DNA of 64,000 nt, taken from contig OX597822.1 in NCBI GenBank assembly GCA_951406725.2, positions 75,392,001-75,456,000 on the forward strand. The letters run 5' to 3'. The notes below the pieces were generated by a model, which saw nothing but the letters and a program-made list of their open reading frames with translations, did no database searches and had not been told where the DNA came from. This DNA comes from Octopus vulgaris (lineage: Eukaryota). Shown here in pieces: positions 39,399 to 51,317 of the stretch. Position 1 is the stretch's first letter, and every line of letters begins with the position of its first letter. Made by a program: the position numbers and the translations under genes.

Positions 39399-40504
39399 AT
39401 ATCTATCAATCTATATAAATATATACATATATATATATACTTATATTTAGTAAACGTATCTAATATAGAGTAATGTGTACGTATGTAGGCATATTGCATG
39501 TATATATGCATATATATATATACATTTATATATATACATGTATATATACACATAAATAATACACACACATACAGATATATATACACACATATATATATAC
39601 TACCACAATCGTATATATGGGATGGGGGTGTTTGCATGTGTGCCTTTGTGTGTGTGTGAATGAATGTATTTGCGTACTCATTCATAAAAATGTGTACACA
39701 TAAACAGAAATAAGACAGGAATAGATAGAAATATAGAATGGAAATCACAAATACATAAAGAATTAGAGATAACGTGCCAAAAATCCTTGCAGACAATCTG
39801 AATCAATAAACTTTCTATCAGTCGACTCCATTGCTATATTAATGATATAATAAAAAATAAAATTATCTAGATGCTGTTGATATTTCGCTCCCTACATATA
39901 TCTCGAAATAGGACCAACATTAAAGTGCATACACCACAATTTGCTAAAAGAATTGCTGGCAATGATTTTTGTTATTTTCTTTCATGTCATCTTCCACAAC
40001 ATTGATTTCTTACGTAGGCACATGGCCATAGTGTTTTTAAAAGAAGCTCGAAAGCGCAGTGAGATAAGAGGATATTTATACCTTTCGTAAGAGAATCATT
40101 GGCTTAAAGAAAGTGAAATTCGGTTAATTTGTTTACGTAAGTCAAGACGTTTGGCGTATTCACCACACTGAAAGACTCCTTTCTCTTTTTTTTTCTCTTT
40201 TCTATTGCTGCTAGAGTTGTCGATTCACTGAGCTGATGGTTAGCGAAAGTGGAGAGCCTATGCGAGGGGTTTGAACTTGGAACGCATTTTGTCAGGCGTG
40301 CTAACGTTCCTGCCAGCTTGCGCCCAACAAGTACTAGTAAGGATGGGCTCTTACGTTAATAAAATTCTACAAATTTAAGGAAAGTGAACAGCCGATTATA
40401 CTCATGTAGGAGTTGGCTGGTGTTTTATTTCATCAAAGATCCGAACGATGACAGACTGAGCCGACTGGGTGGGATTTGAACATTAGAATCTAAAGAAATG
40501 TAAA

Positions 40505-41095
40505 TACATATTGCTCTCAAATTTTGTCACAAGATCAGTAATTTTGAGGGAGAGTTAAGTCTATTTACATCGATCTCAGTGCTTAACTGGTATTTATTTT
40601 ATCGACTCAGAAAGGACGAAAGGCAAAGTTGACCATCGGTAGAATGTAAAGACGGATAAAATTCCGCTAAGCATTTTGTCCGGCGTCGTAACGATGCCGC
40701 CATAAACATGCAAATACATATTGTAAGGTATTTTGATCGACGCTCTGGATACAATATGAATGATTTAGAGAGAAATGTAAGAACGATAGGTCCTTGTAAC
40801 CGCTGATGTTTATTTTATCGATTCGAAAAGATAGAGCGTTAAAAGTAAAATCATTAATCATTATATTTAACCCCAGGCATAGAGAGCGAGCTGGAAGAAT
40901 TGTAAGCACAACGGACAATGGTACTTAGCAGTATTTCTTCCGGTGTTACCGTCTGTGTTCAAATTCCACCAAGTTTTACTGTGCCTTTCATCCCTTCTGG
41001 GTCAGTAAAATACTGTACGCGTGAAGTGCTGGGGTTGATGTTTCGACTTCTTTCCCTTCTAAAATTGCAGGCCTTGTGTCAAAATTTGGAATCAC
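40505..41095. mobile_element. two family A SINEs, (-) 40505-40700 and (+) 40885-41095
   Basis: Family A motifs. Confidence 0.78.
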
Positions 41096-42094
41096 TTTTT
41101 CATCGGGTTTTTCGTGATGGAACTGACCTATGATCAATGTCGTTCGAACGCTCAATTCACGACCATTTTATTAAGTACAAAAACTAAAGAAGATCCCTTT
41201 TGATCTGAAGTTACATATTCATAACAATTAGCTTCGCTTGAAGCAGCATTAGAGCTAGCATCCATAATTCCAGTTTACCTAAACTAAAATTATTGACCAA
41301 AATGAGCCACATCTTAAAAAATACTATGTATTTTCAAATTTGTTTTAAAAATTCACAGGAGATTAAACTCTTTTAGTTTCTCGACATGCTTCAATAAAAT
41401 GGCTTGCTTTTTGCTTCATACCAATTCTACTAATTCTTAACATTTCTTTACTTCTCTATCATTTCCTCTCTCAGAAACAGAGAGCCTAGCGGCAGGTATT
41501 TAAAGGGAAAAAAAATTGACAATACATCGAAGAGGCCAGGGAACAGAAGAAAGAAGAAGAAAGAAGACATGCACCAACACCAGAACTGAAGACACATCCG
41601 AAAGGGGGGGGCGGGCGCCACGTCAAAACGGTAGAGGAGTAGGGGCCGAAACCGGACGTGGTTCCTCCTGATGATGTCTTGAGCTAGCTGGATCCTATAA
41701 AGAAGCTGTTGTGGAAGCAGATCACGAAACACGGTTGTAATTCCTGTATAACTCAGACTTAGTTGTGTATCTCACGCTCAGTTGTATATGTCCAACTGAG
41801 TTTATCCCTGATTTTGTTATTAGATGCGTTTACGCTTTCTCTTAAGACGGTAGGATACGATTTAAGGAATATTTTGTTTGTTATTTTCAGGAAGTCGATC
41901 GATCGTGTAGAGAGTCCACGGTGACTTGTGTTACAATAACGAGCTCAGTATGTAAGCAAAAGTGAAACAGAAATTAACCACGTGACAACAGGTTTTAGTT
42001 ATTGGTTAGATTGAAATTGGATTATTGAATCAACAGGGAAACAATGGGACCACTTGACTAGCTAAAAAGGGCAGCCACCTCATCCTCAAATATC

Positions 42095-42400
42095 ATACAG
42101 GATATCAGGGGGAACGTAACTCGGCAGGGGTTGTAATATGGAAATCAGGGAGTCTCTCCTGGCCGAGACGCAACCTCTCCGCATTGAGAGGTCATAGGTC
42201 TTGTATTACAGACATGTGGTTAGTATTCTTCAGTAAAGATTGCAAGACGGCTTCTTCAAACCGAGCCAACGAGCAGAAGACCAAGGAGCAGATCAAGAAC
42301 GAGTTGGTTGAACAATATCCGTAGTCTTACTGGTCATGCTTGACAATCAAGTAAGACGGTTGCTTCTGACGGAACTTCATGGTGGAATTGTATGGAACAG
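42095..42400 (+). pseudogene. RTE-clade LINE C-terminal relic
   Basis: MEIRESLLAETQPLRIERS*VLYYRHVV / KIARRLLQTEPTSRRPRSRSRTSWLNNI, compared with the RTE consensus EIR..L.VEPL..IER.QLR..GHV.RM...RPRGRPR.RW.D.I. Confidence 0.8.
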
Positions 42401-42984
42401 TGGTTGAAGAAAATTGATAGATAAATAGATTGAAATTCGTAGAGTACTATTGTTTTCTGAGAATATTGTTCTGCAGAAATGTGTAAATGATTCACGTATA
42501 TTTACGCATTGAGAATAGTGGCCAGTAGCATTCTGAAAAGAAAACAAGAATAACAAGTGAAGAAGAATAGTGGAACGTAGCCAATTGCTATTGGCAACAC
42601 CATAAGTAGTTTTAAAAATAGCATATTCTATAGCCAAACTTATATCTCTATGTTTTAGCGCAACAAAATTTGGTTTTGTAATTCCAAAGGGAAGAGAAAC
42701 GAATCTGCAATATTGTAACAACACGTTAATTTATTTACAACAACCGGAACACGGATTTTATTGAAGATAACCATAATTAGCCATGCTGTTATCTGTTGTT
42801 GCTGTTGTTATTCTTGTTGTTGTTGTTGTTGTTGTGGCTGCAAACTCAAACTCTCGGAAGTTTGCTCTGACATTTATCTGTAGACTTTCTCTATCAGTTG
42901 GAAAGCTGCTCGCGGCAGAATTGGTAAGGTGTTATTGCGCTGAAGATACACATCGCGCGTTTTAAAATTTGTATTGTGTTATCT

Positions 42985-43185
42985 TTTATCTTTTATCGCT
43001 TATTTGTTTCAGTTACCAGACCGCAACCATTCTGGGGCACCGTCTTGAAGAATCTTTAGCAAAACGAATCGACCCCCGTTCTTTTAAAGCCTATTTCCTA
43101 TTCTAACGAGCCCTTTTTGCCAAAATGCTAAGTTATTGTGACGTAAGTAAACTATCAGCAGTTGTTAAGCGATGATGGGGGACAA

Positions 43186-43235
<50 letters not shown>

Positions 43236-43397
43236 CGGGCTTCTTTTAGTTTTCGGTTACCATATCCATCTATAAGGCTTTGTTAGGCCCGAGGCGATGG
43301 CAGAAGACGGTTGCCCAAGGTTCCACGAAGTGGGACTGAACCCGGAACCATGTGTTTGAGAAATAAGCTTTTTACCACACAACAATGCCTGCGCCTG
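42985..43397 (-). mobile_element. family C SINE with internal (CA)n
   Basis: Tail, (CA)n at 43188-43234, and head TTGCCCAAGGTTCCACGAAGTGGGACTGAACCCGGAACCATGTG. Confidence 0.85.
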
Positions 43398-43668
43398 TTA
43401 TGCCCATGCCAAATTCCTGCCAATCCTCATCTGGATCAGCCCATACATACACACATACAACCACTTACAGACTCACATACATTCACACACAGATAAATTG
43501 CTGTAGACGAATTGTTAGAGACGAATTCACCTAAAACCCTAGAAAATCGAAGCAGAGTTCCCTAGTCTCATCTCCTAGTCTAATCCCCTAGTCTCATCAT
43601 TCGCTTACAGATTCTATCAAAATCATTTGTTGACACTCGCACCCATTCACTTTTTCTCACTCACTTAC

Positions 43669-43797
43669 TTCGCCATGACAGATCGCTAGCCACTACACAT
43701 TCGTTATTTTCTCTCCTTGCTTCTTTCTGTGTTCCTTTCTGAGGAAGAGCGTAGGCTCAAAACGTTAAAGATTTTTTCACTTCCCGAGCGTTAAACA
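43669..43797 (+). mobile_element. Penelope-like pseudo-LTR fragment, copy 1, with minimal hammerhead motif at 43735-43770
   Basis: CTTT-CTGAGGA-A-GAGC-GTAG-GCTC-AAAA-CG-TT-AAAG. Homologous to the copy starting at 44001. Confidence 0.65.
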
Positions 43798-44000
43798 AAT
43801 TCATCTGCAGATGAAACGGTATATCGTATAAGAAATTACAGGGTAAATGTTTTTTAAATTTTCTCTGGTTTACTGAATTGACTTTTATTTGCGGTTGAAG
43901 CTTTGGCTGTTATTTCTAGTGGGTGAATGGCCTATTATGGCCGTTCCTTTATTGTTGATATATATATATATATATATACATACACATATATATATATATA

Positions 44001-44195
44001 TTCGCCATGATAGATCGCTAGCCTCTACACATTCTTTTAATTTACCTCCTTGTTTCTTTCTGTGTTCCTTTCTGTGGAAGAGCGTAGGCTCGAAACTTTA
44101 AAGACTTTTTCACTTCCCGAGCGTTATACTAATAAATCTGTTTGTTGTCTACACCACCTGTCCTCGTCTTTTGTTTTTTTTGTGAATTCTCCCTA
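44001..44195 (+). mobile_element. Penelope-like pseudo-LTR fragment, copy 2, with minimal hammerhead motif at 44068-44103
   Basis: CTTT-CTGTGGA-A-GAGC-GTAG-GCTC-GAAA-CT-TT-AAAG, followed by AATAAA. Confidence 0.65.
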
Positions 44196-44510
44196 TGTAT
44201 TGGTCTCCCCAATTAAAGTCACTCACTCACATCCTCCCTCACACATTCATCCGTACACACTCGCTTATTCAGTCAATCATTTACTTGCACATTTACGCAG
44301 TCACTTATTCTCTCGCTCAACCACTCACTCAATATATTCGTCCTCTCCTTCCCTTACTCACTTACTCAACTACTTACTTCTGTGCTCACACTCACACGTT
44401 CACTCACTCAACTACTTCACTCATACATTCATCCTCTACCTATCCTCCCTCCCTCTCTCCCACTCAGTTACTTACCCATGCACTCACTCTCACTTTCACT
44501 GTCACTCAGC

Positions 44511-44718
44511 TACAGTAATCTCTCGAGTATTGCGAGTGTTACGTTCCAACCCCGTACCGTGATAGGTGAAAATCCGCGAAGTAGAAACAGTACTGTATAT
44601 TTTTAAAATTATTTTTATGATTTGTATATATTTATTTTATTATAAATGCAAAACAACACCACGGAGGATTCGACGCAAGCTTAAATAATAAACCGCGATA
44701 TGGCGAGGGATACTTGTA
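44511..44718. mobile_element. Tigger/pogo-like (Tc1-mariner) MITE
   Basis: TA|CAGTAATCTCTCGAGTATTGCG ... CGCGATATGGCGAGGGATACTTG|TA. Imperfect TIRs starting CAGT with TA flanks, inserted in a (CACT)n-rich tract. Confidence 0.75.
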
Positions 44719-45462
44719 CTCACTCATACGCTCACTCACTTCACGTGCAAGTACGCACACACAAACACACACATACACAGAGACAAAGGCACACACGGAC
44801 ACTCACTCATTCACGCACTGTCTTCACACTCTAATTCTCTCCCATTCTAAATCCATAATCATCCAATCCTTCATTTATTTCAAATCGTAAAATCTCATAA
44901 AGCGAAACAAGTAAGAAATGGCTGCTTCTTTGCATATGCTTCGAAGAAACACAAACGAGACGTTCTGCAAGACCTGCTGAATATTGACTATTCAATCTAT
45001 CATTAATCAATAAAACTTTAAACTTAGTAATTTAGCATTTCGGTGGATGAAAAATCTGGAGGCAATTTTTGGTACATTTTTAGAATAAGTTTAGAATAAG
45101 AATGAAAGATTTAATAAAAATAAGATTAACTGTACCTTTTACATAATTTATATTTTCTTTTTGTGGTAATTTCGAACGTGATAAATTCCATATTTAAGAA
45201 TTACCAAACTAATTGAACTGCTTTAAGCAAAGCTCCGACATTTTGCGAATAATAAAAAAACGATAAAAATTAAAATATGGAAAACTATACCCAGAATATT
45301 TTGCAACTTACAGACAGTTTTTCATATTCTTCTTGAATATATAAACTATATTATCACTGATTCATTTTGGTTTCTGAGATTTATTTGTAATTTTCCAAAC
45401 CGAAAATGTTTCTCATATTTGACAGTGTCCCGACCAAATTATTTAAACCATATGGATCTCTC

Positions 45463-45526
<64 letters not shown>

Positions 45527-45824
45527 GCACACAGAATGACCTGCTTCGTTATTGGTGTAATAAATAAAAGAAGTCCTCTATCAAGTGAGACATAAAATCT
45601 ATTTATTATGCACAGCATTTAAAATTCGAGCTAGATTTAGTTTCATGCCTCTGAAAACATAATGGTCGGACAATCTTGTATAGAATGGAGTGTACAATTA
45701 GAAACCTTAAGCAAACAATGGCTCGAATTTGAATCCTGTGTGCATTAAACGGAACATGCACACACGTACACCCCCACACACACACACACCCACACAAACA
45801 CCCCCCACACACATGTATATTTCC

Positions 45825-46100
45825 TCTTTCACTTCCTTCAGTCAGTAGACAGCCATACTGGAGCACCGCCTTCAGGGGTTTAGTTGTACAAATCAAATCC
45901 AGCTCTTATCTTTTAAAGCCTCGTGCTTATACTATAAATCTCTTTTGATACATACGCAGACACACACACACACACATACATGCACACATTTATTCGAAAG
46001 GCTTCTTTCAGTTTCCGTCTACCAATCCATTCATAAAGCATCAGTTGGCCCGAGATTACAGGAGAAGATAGTTGCCCAAGATGTCATACATTGGGACTGT
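45825..46100 (-). mobile_element. family C SINE, degraded
   Basis: CAGCCATACTGGAGCACCGCC...(CA)n...CTTCTTTCAGTTTCCGTCTACCAA...TTGCCCAAG. Confidence 0.75.
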
Positions 46101-46235
46101 TCCTTCATAAAATATGTTAGAAATGTTCTCGGCCCTGTAACCCAGTTTATTGTTTTATCTTTTTTATTGCTTTATCACTTTCAGCTCAAAGCTGTGGCCA
46201 TGCTGGGGCACTACCGTTTTACTATCCTGTTATTA

Positions 46236-46718
46236 TTGAGAGCCTCCTCTGATAGGTGGCATTTGGTGAATCAGGGAGTTTGATGTCGCTACCCTCATTT
46301 GCGCCTCCTGCCGCGAGGTAGGTTCATCTGGGACTCTCGACAGAAAGAGATTCAGTTTTGATTTGCAAACACCTACATCCACTTTGTGTAGGTCCCTCAG
46401 GCTCTTTGGGAGTATTCTAAAACGCTATGGGCCCCTGAAACCTAGGCTGTTGCAGTAACTGATCCTGAAGCGCGACGGCATTGCTGGAATTTTTGGTACT
46501 GTGCAGTGGCGATCCGACCTGGCATTTGTGCAGCTTTAAATGCCAAAATTTGGTACAATTCCTTCCAGGATCTTCCAGATGTATTTTTCTTCATATCTCT
46601 CCCACCTTCGCTCCAGCGGGTAGAGTCTTAACTGTTTAAGCCTTTCCCAGTAGAGGAGCTGTTGCAATGAGACGATCTTCTTTGTGAAACTTCGCTGGAT
46701 TGCTTCAAGGTTTGGCAA
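46236..46718 (-). pseudogene. CR1-group LINE 3' fragment (second family)
   Basis: LEAIQRSFTKKI..LYWERLKQLRLYPLERRWERY..YIWKILEGIVPNFGI...NSLGFRGP*RFRILPKSLRDL..VDVGVCKSKLNLFLSRVPDEPT...ATSNSLIHQ. Confidence 0.88.
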
Positions 46719-46738
46719 AAGAGTGAAATAAAATAAAT

Positions 46739-47055
46739 CACCGTGATCACCGTGACTGACCAGGCTATCGGATGTTGCTACACATCGCTGGTCGCAATGC
46801 GCTTCGCATTGTTTTAGCCTTCAAATGATGCCACCCCGCTGGCTAAGTGAGCAGACCAACAGAAGAAAGAGTGAAAGAAAGTAGTGGTGAAAGAGTACAG
46901 CAGGGATCGCCAGCACCACCCACTGCCGGAGCATCGTGAAGTTTTAGGTGTTTTCGCTCAATAAACACTCACAACACCCGGTCTGGGAATCGAAACCACG
47001 ACCCTACAACCGCATGTTCGCTGCCCTAACCACTAGGCCATTGCGCCTCCACTAT
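46739..47055 (-). mobile_element. family B SINE with TSD, inserted in a family C tail
   Basis: ATAAAATAAAT at 46728-46738 and 47056-47066. The family C tail continues at 47067-47168. Confidence 0.9.
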
Positions 47056-48107
47056 ATAAAATAAATACCAGACTTAAAAACTAAGTACTGGGGTCGATTT
47101 ATCTGACTAAAGTCTTCAGGGCGGTGCTCCAGCATGGACGCAGTCTAATGACTGAAACAAGTAAAAGACACACACACACACATATGTATAAATATGTATC
47201 TTTAATAAGAGCATATTGCTCTACCTTTGGTATTCGAGTACTATTTTTTCCACCTTATTGTGCTCACCTGTGTGTATATACATGTGTGTGTGTGTGTGTG
47301 TGTATGAGAGAGATAGATAGATAGATAGAGAGAGGGAGAGGGAGAGTACACATACATATACTTCAGTATATACAAGTATTTATTCAGACAGACGCACACA
47401 CACATGTATAGTCATAAGATTTATTTTAGACGTGTACAGCTTGCATCCCATATTTTATGTTGAAACGTTGGTACAAGACAAAAAGAAAATCTATTTGGTT
47501 GATTATCATGCAAGGGCCAGAGAACTCTTTTTAAATTACATTATTAGTCTAGTGTAATTAGTAGAATTAAGCAATTAAAGCGAGCCACCATATTGATCAT
47601 GTTTATTAGCAAAATAAATTACAAACTTGATTATGAAATAAACGACTGGCACGGTAACAATATGTAACTGTCTAAAGATTATTAAAATATCAAAAATGTA
47701 CAAGAAACTAAACGAAAACAAGTCATCAAATCACATTTAAAGGTTAAGCATAATTATGAAATTACTTAATAACAAAAGATTAATAATTACAGCTTAAAAG
47801 AAGAATTTAAATTAATTTAAAAAACTATGATAGTCAAGTTCTGATACTAAAGTTCTGATCACTGATGCTAAAAAGGCCCTCCTATTTTTATTGCGTGAAC
47901 CTTTTGGCTTGCTTTCTATACTGCGGCTTCGCCTTCAGCTTGTCTTGGTAATCAGGTGGCGTACAGTAAGCTTCAGTCTTGTTTATTTTCTTTGATATTT
48001 CTGTCTTCATGAAATTCTTCCTTTGCAACGCATGGAGCTGGTCTTAATTGCGTTTGGTAATTATATTACATCGTCTTGAGTTGAAGCTGATTTTAATAAA
48101 TCAAGGT

Positions 48108-48556
48108 CAGAGGCATGGCTGTGTGGTAAGTAGCTTGCTTCCTACATGGCTCTGGGTTCAGTCCCACAGCGTGGCTTCTACTATAGCTTTGAGCCGACAA
48201 AAGCCTTGTGAGTGGATTTGGTTGACGGAAACTGAAAGAAGCCTGCCGTACATACATTCATGCACACGCGCGCACACACACACACACACACAAATACACA
48301 CACAAACACAAATATACATATATAAGTGTGAGTGTGTATGTGTGTGGTGTGTGTCTTTGTGTATGTGTTTGTCCGCTACCAGCGCTTCACAACCTGTTGT
48401 GTATTTAATTCTCCGTAAGCTAGCGGTTCGGCAACATGAATACCAGTCTTAAAAAAAGATAAGTCTTGGGGTCGATTTATTCGACTAAAAACGCTTCAAA
48501 TAGGTGCTCCAGCATGGCCGTAGTCTAATGACTAAAACAAGTAAAAGATAAAAGAT
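48108..48556 (+). mobile_element. family C SINE with internal microsatellite
   Basis: GGCATGGCTGTGTGGTAAGTAGCTTGCTT...GACGGAAACTGAAAGAAGCC...(CA)/(TG)...GGTGCTCCAGCATGGCCG...AAAAGATAAAAGAT. Confidence 0.88.
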
Positions 48557-48671
48557 GAATTATGATGTAGGATATTTGATATACCTGCATTTGTGCTATT
48601 TTCAAACACGCCCTACTGGCTACCCTGAGATTACTTTTAGCTCATTTTTGATTACAAGAGATGTATTGCTT

Positions 48672-48962
48672 CTTTGATTTGCAAACACCTACATCCACTT
48701 TGTATGGGTCCCTCAGGCTCTTTGAGAGAATTTTAAAACGCTGTGGACCCCTGAAACCCAGGCTGTGGTAGTAACTGGTCCTGAAGCGCGACGGTATTGC
48801 TGGGACTTTTGGCACTGTACAGTGGCGATCCGTTCTGGCATTGATGCAATCCCTTCTAGGATCTTCTGGATGCATATTACTGCATGCCTCTCTCGTCTTC
48901 GCTCCAGCAGGTAGAGTCTTCACTGTTTCAGGCTTTCCCAGTAGCTGAGCTGTTGCAATCGT
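48672..48962 (-). pseudogene. second copy of the CR1-group fragment seen at 46236-46718
   Basis: NARTDRHCTVPKVPAIPSRFRTSYYHSLGFRGPQRFKILSKSLRDPYKVDVGVCKSK. DNA is similar to 46359-46670. Confidence 0.85.
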
Positions 48963-49404
48963 CATATTTTCTGGTTAAATGACTTTCAGGTAAGCGTCGT
49001 GTGACGTATTATATCCATCAGCAGCGTATTTAGCGGTACAATCAAACGATGTGCTGAATATATGAGGTCCCCTCCTGGCACCATAGTTTGGATCACGTTC
49101 AGTGATTTCACTTTTTGTTTCATATTTTGGCCTTGTATACAAGCAGCCGTCTCCCATATTAGTTATGATCTCTTCTTTAGGGAAACGCTAACCTCATATT
49201 CCACACTTTGTTTAACTCTAGTATAACACAATTCATCGTTCATCCACTGTTGGGATGAAAGTGATCCGTAATACCGTTTTCTGCCCCTTGAGTAAAACTT
49301 TCATCTGAGATAGCGCAGTTGACTTAAACTGCGGCTTCTTCAACAGCAGAAGCGACAATAGCAGCAATGAATAAAAGAGCAGCAGTATTAACAACAACAA
49401 CAGC

Positions 49405-49478
<74 letters not shown>

Positions 49479-49493
49479 TTGTCTGTCTGTCTA

Positions 49494-49544
<51 letters not shown>

Positions 49545-50408
49545 CTATCTATATGTCTGTCTGTCTGTCTGTCTGGCTGACTGTCTCTCTATCTATCTGT
49601 CTGTCTATCTGTCTACCTGTCTATCTGTCTGTCTGTCTATATATCTGTCTGTCTGTCTGTCTATCTGTCTATCAAACTTTCTATCTATCTATCTAGCTAT
49701 CTGTCTATCTTCCTATAACATAGATAGATAGATAGACAGACAGCTAGATAGAGAAACAAACAGTTAGACAGACAGACAGATAGATAGATGTTGCTGCTGT
49801 CGTTGTTGTTGTGTTGATACCACTGCTCTTTTATTTTTTGTTGTTGCTATTGTTCTTGTTACTTCTGGTACCGTTGTTACTTGCGTTTTCGTTGTTAAAA
49901 AATATATATTCCTTAGTATTGCTGCCAAAGTTGTTACCATTGCTGTTATTGTTCTTGATTTCGTGCAGATGTTATCTAATCGATTTGGTAGTGGAGTAGT
50001 TTTCCCTGCTACCTCTTTGCAGAAAACTGTTCGCAGGCGTTACTGACATCCTAATTCCAAACGAGAAAAAAAAAAGAGAAAAGAAGAAAACGAAGGGAGA
50101 GGGTGTAGTCGATTATATCGACACCAGTACTTGAGTGGACTTATTTTAGTGACTTCGAAGGGGATGAACGGCAAAGTTGACCTCGATGCTATTTAAACTA
50201 TGAAAGTAAAGAGCAGGAAGAAATATCGCTGAGCATGTTGACCAACGAGCTACCAGTTCTGCCACATCGCCGCCTGATGACGGTTCAGTCAAAGAACTTA
50301 ATTTTTCACAGAAGCAATAAAAATTCAAGGCTGTTCTTAATGTTCCAGAGAAGACCAACTTTAAAGATGTAGAAGAAGCGCAGGAGTGGCTGTGTGGTAA
50401 GTAGCTTG

Positions 50409-50460
<52 letters not shown>

Positions 50461-51317
50461 GCTATCTATCTAGCCATCCATCCATCCATCCATTCATCCA
50501 TCCATGGTTAGACGTGTTTTTTTGCGGTGAGTCAAACGTTTTGTTGAACCTTGGATTATTTTTTCTGTTGGAATTCTTGACTGTTTATTGTTGAACATTT
50601 TCGAACCGTTGAACATTGTTGAACTATTAAACTTTAAAAATTTTTGTGCTTTTTCCCCGGTGACGGGAGAAAGAAATTGTTTGTGTAAAACCATTTTTGC
50701 AGTTGTCAATTGTTGAAATATTGAACTTGTTAAAGCCGTTGTAGGCTTTATTGTGTGCCCCCCCCCCTGCGAGGGTGGAATTTGAACTGTTATCCTCATT
50801 ATGAGGAAAAAAATATTATAGGTTTCCCGTTTTTTTGGATAATGAATTTATTATTGTGTGAAAAATTTAATTTTAGCCGTTGCAGGCTTTATTGTGGAAC
50901 CCCGCCCCTCAACGGGGGTGAGATTTGAACTCTTGTCCTCCTTGTGAGGAAAAAAAATAACATATTATAGGTTTCCCGTTTTTTTCGACCGTTGTAGGCT
51001 TTATTGTTACGTCTCGCGCCCCAGCGGTTGTGGGATTTGAACTGTTGTGATCGTTGAGAGGAAAAAAAAAAGAGTAAAAAATTATAGGTTTCCCGTTTTC
51101 TGGGATTAAATTGTGTATAAATTTATTTCGAGCGAATATGTCGGTCGAAATAATTTCAGAGAAAAATTCGCTGGAAGAGCCAGTTACGAAATTTTCAGCA
51201 GTTACCGCGGTGGCTACTGAAAATGTCGAACTATCAAAGGAAAAGCACTCCGAGGTTTTTTGAGAAAATGAAAGAAGAGACGGGGGTGGGTGATATAAAA
51301 ATATCACCTTCACCTAG
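50409..51317 (+). mobile_element. probable non-autonomous Helitron
   Basis: The 3' end has a hairpin GGTGATAT-AAAA-ATATCACC (51289-51308) followed by CTAG (51314-51317) and T. The 5' end lies in a TC-starting (TCTA)n tract and its exact position is uncertain. Three internal repeats. Confidence 0.65.

Noticed and set aside
49250-49335. Hairpins GATGAAAGT/ACTTTCATC and CGCAGTT/AACTGCG as a possible SECIS or miRNA
   Set aside because: The stems are short with a large unpaired interior, there is no kink-turn geometry, and no linked gene.
50736-51099. CRISPR-like repeat/spacer appearance
   Set aside because: Eukaryotic context, only three degenerate units, spacers homologous to each other, and no cas genes.
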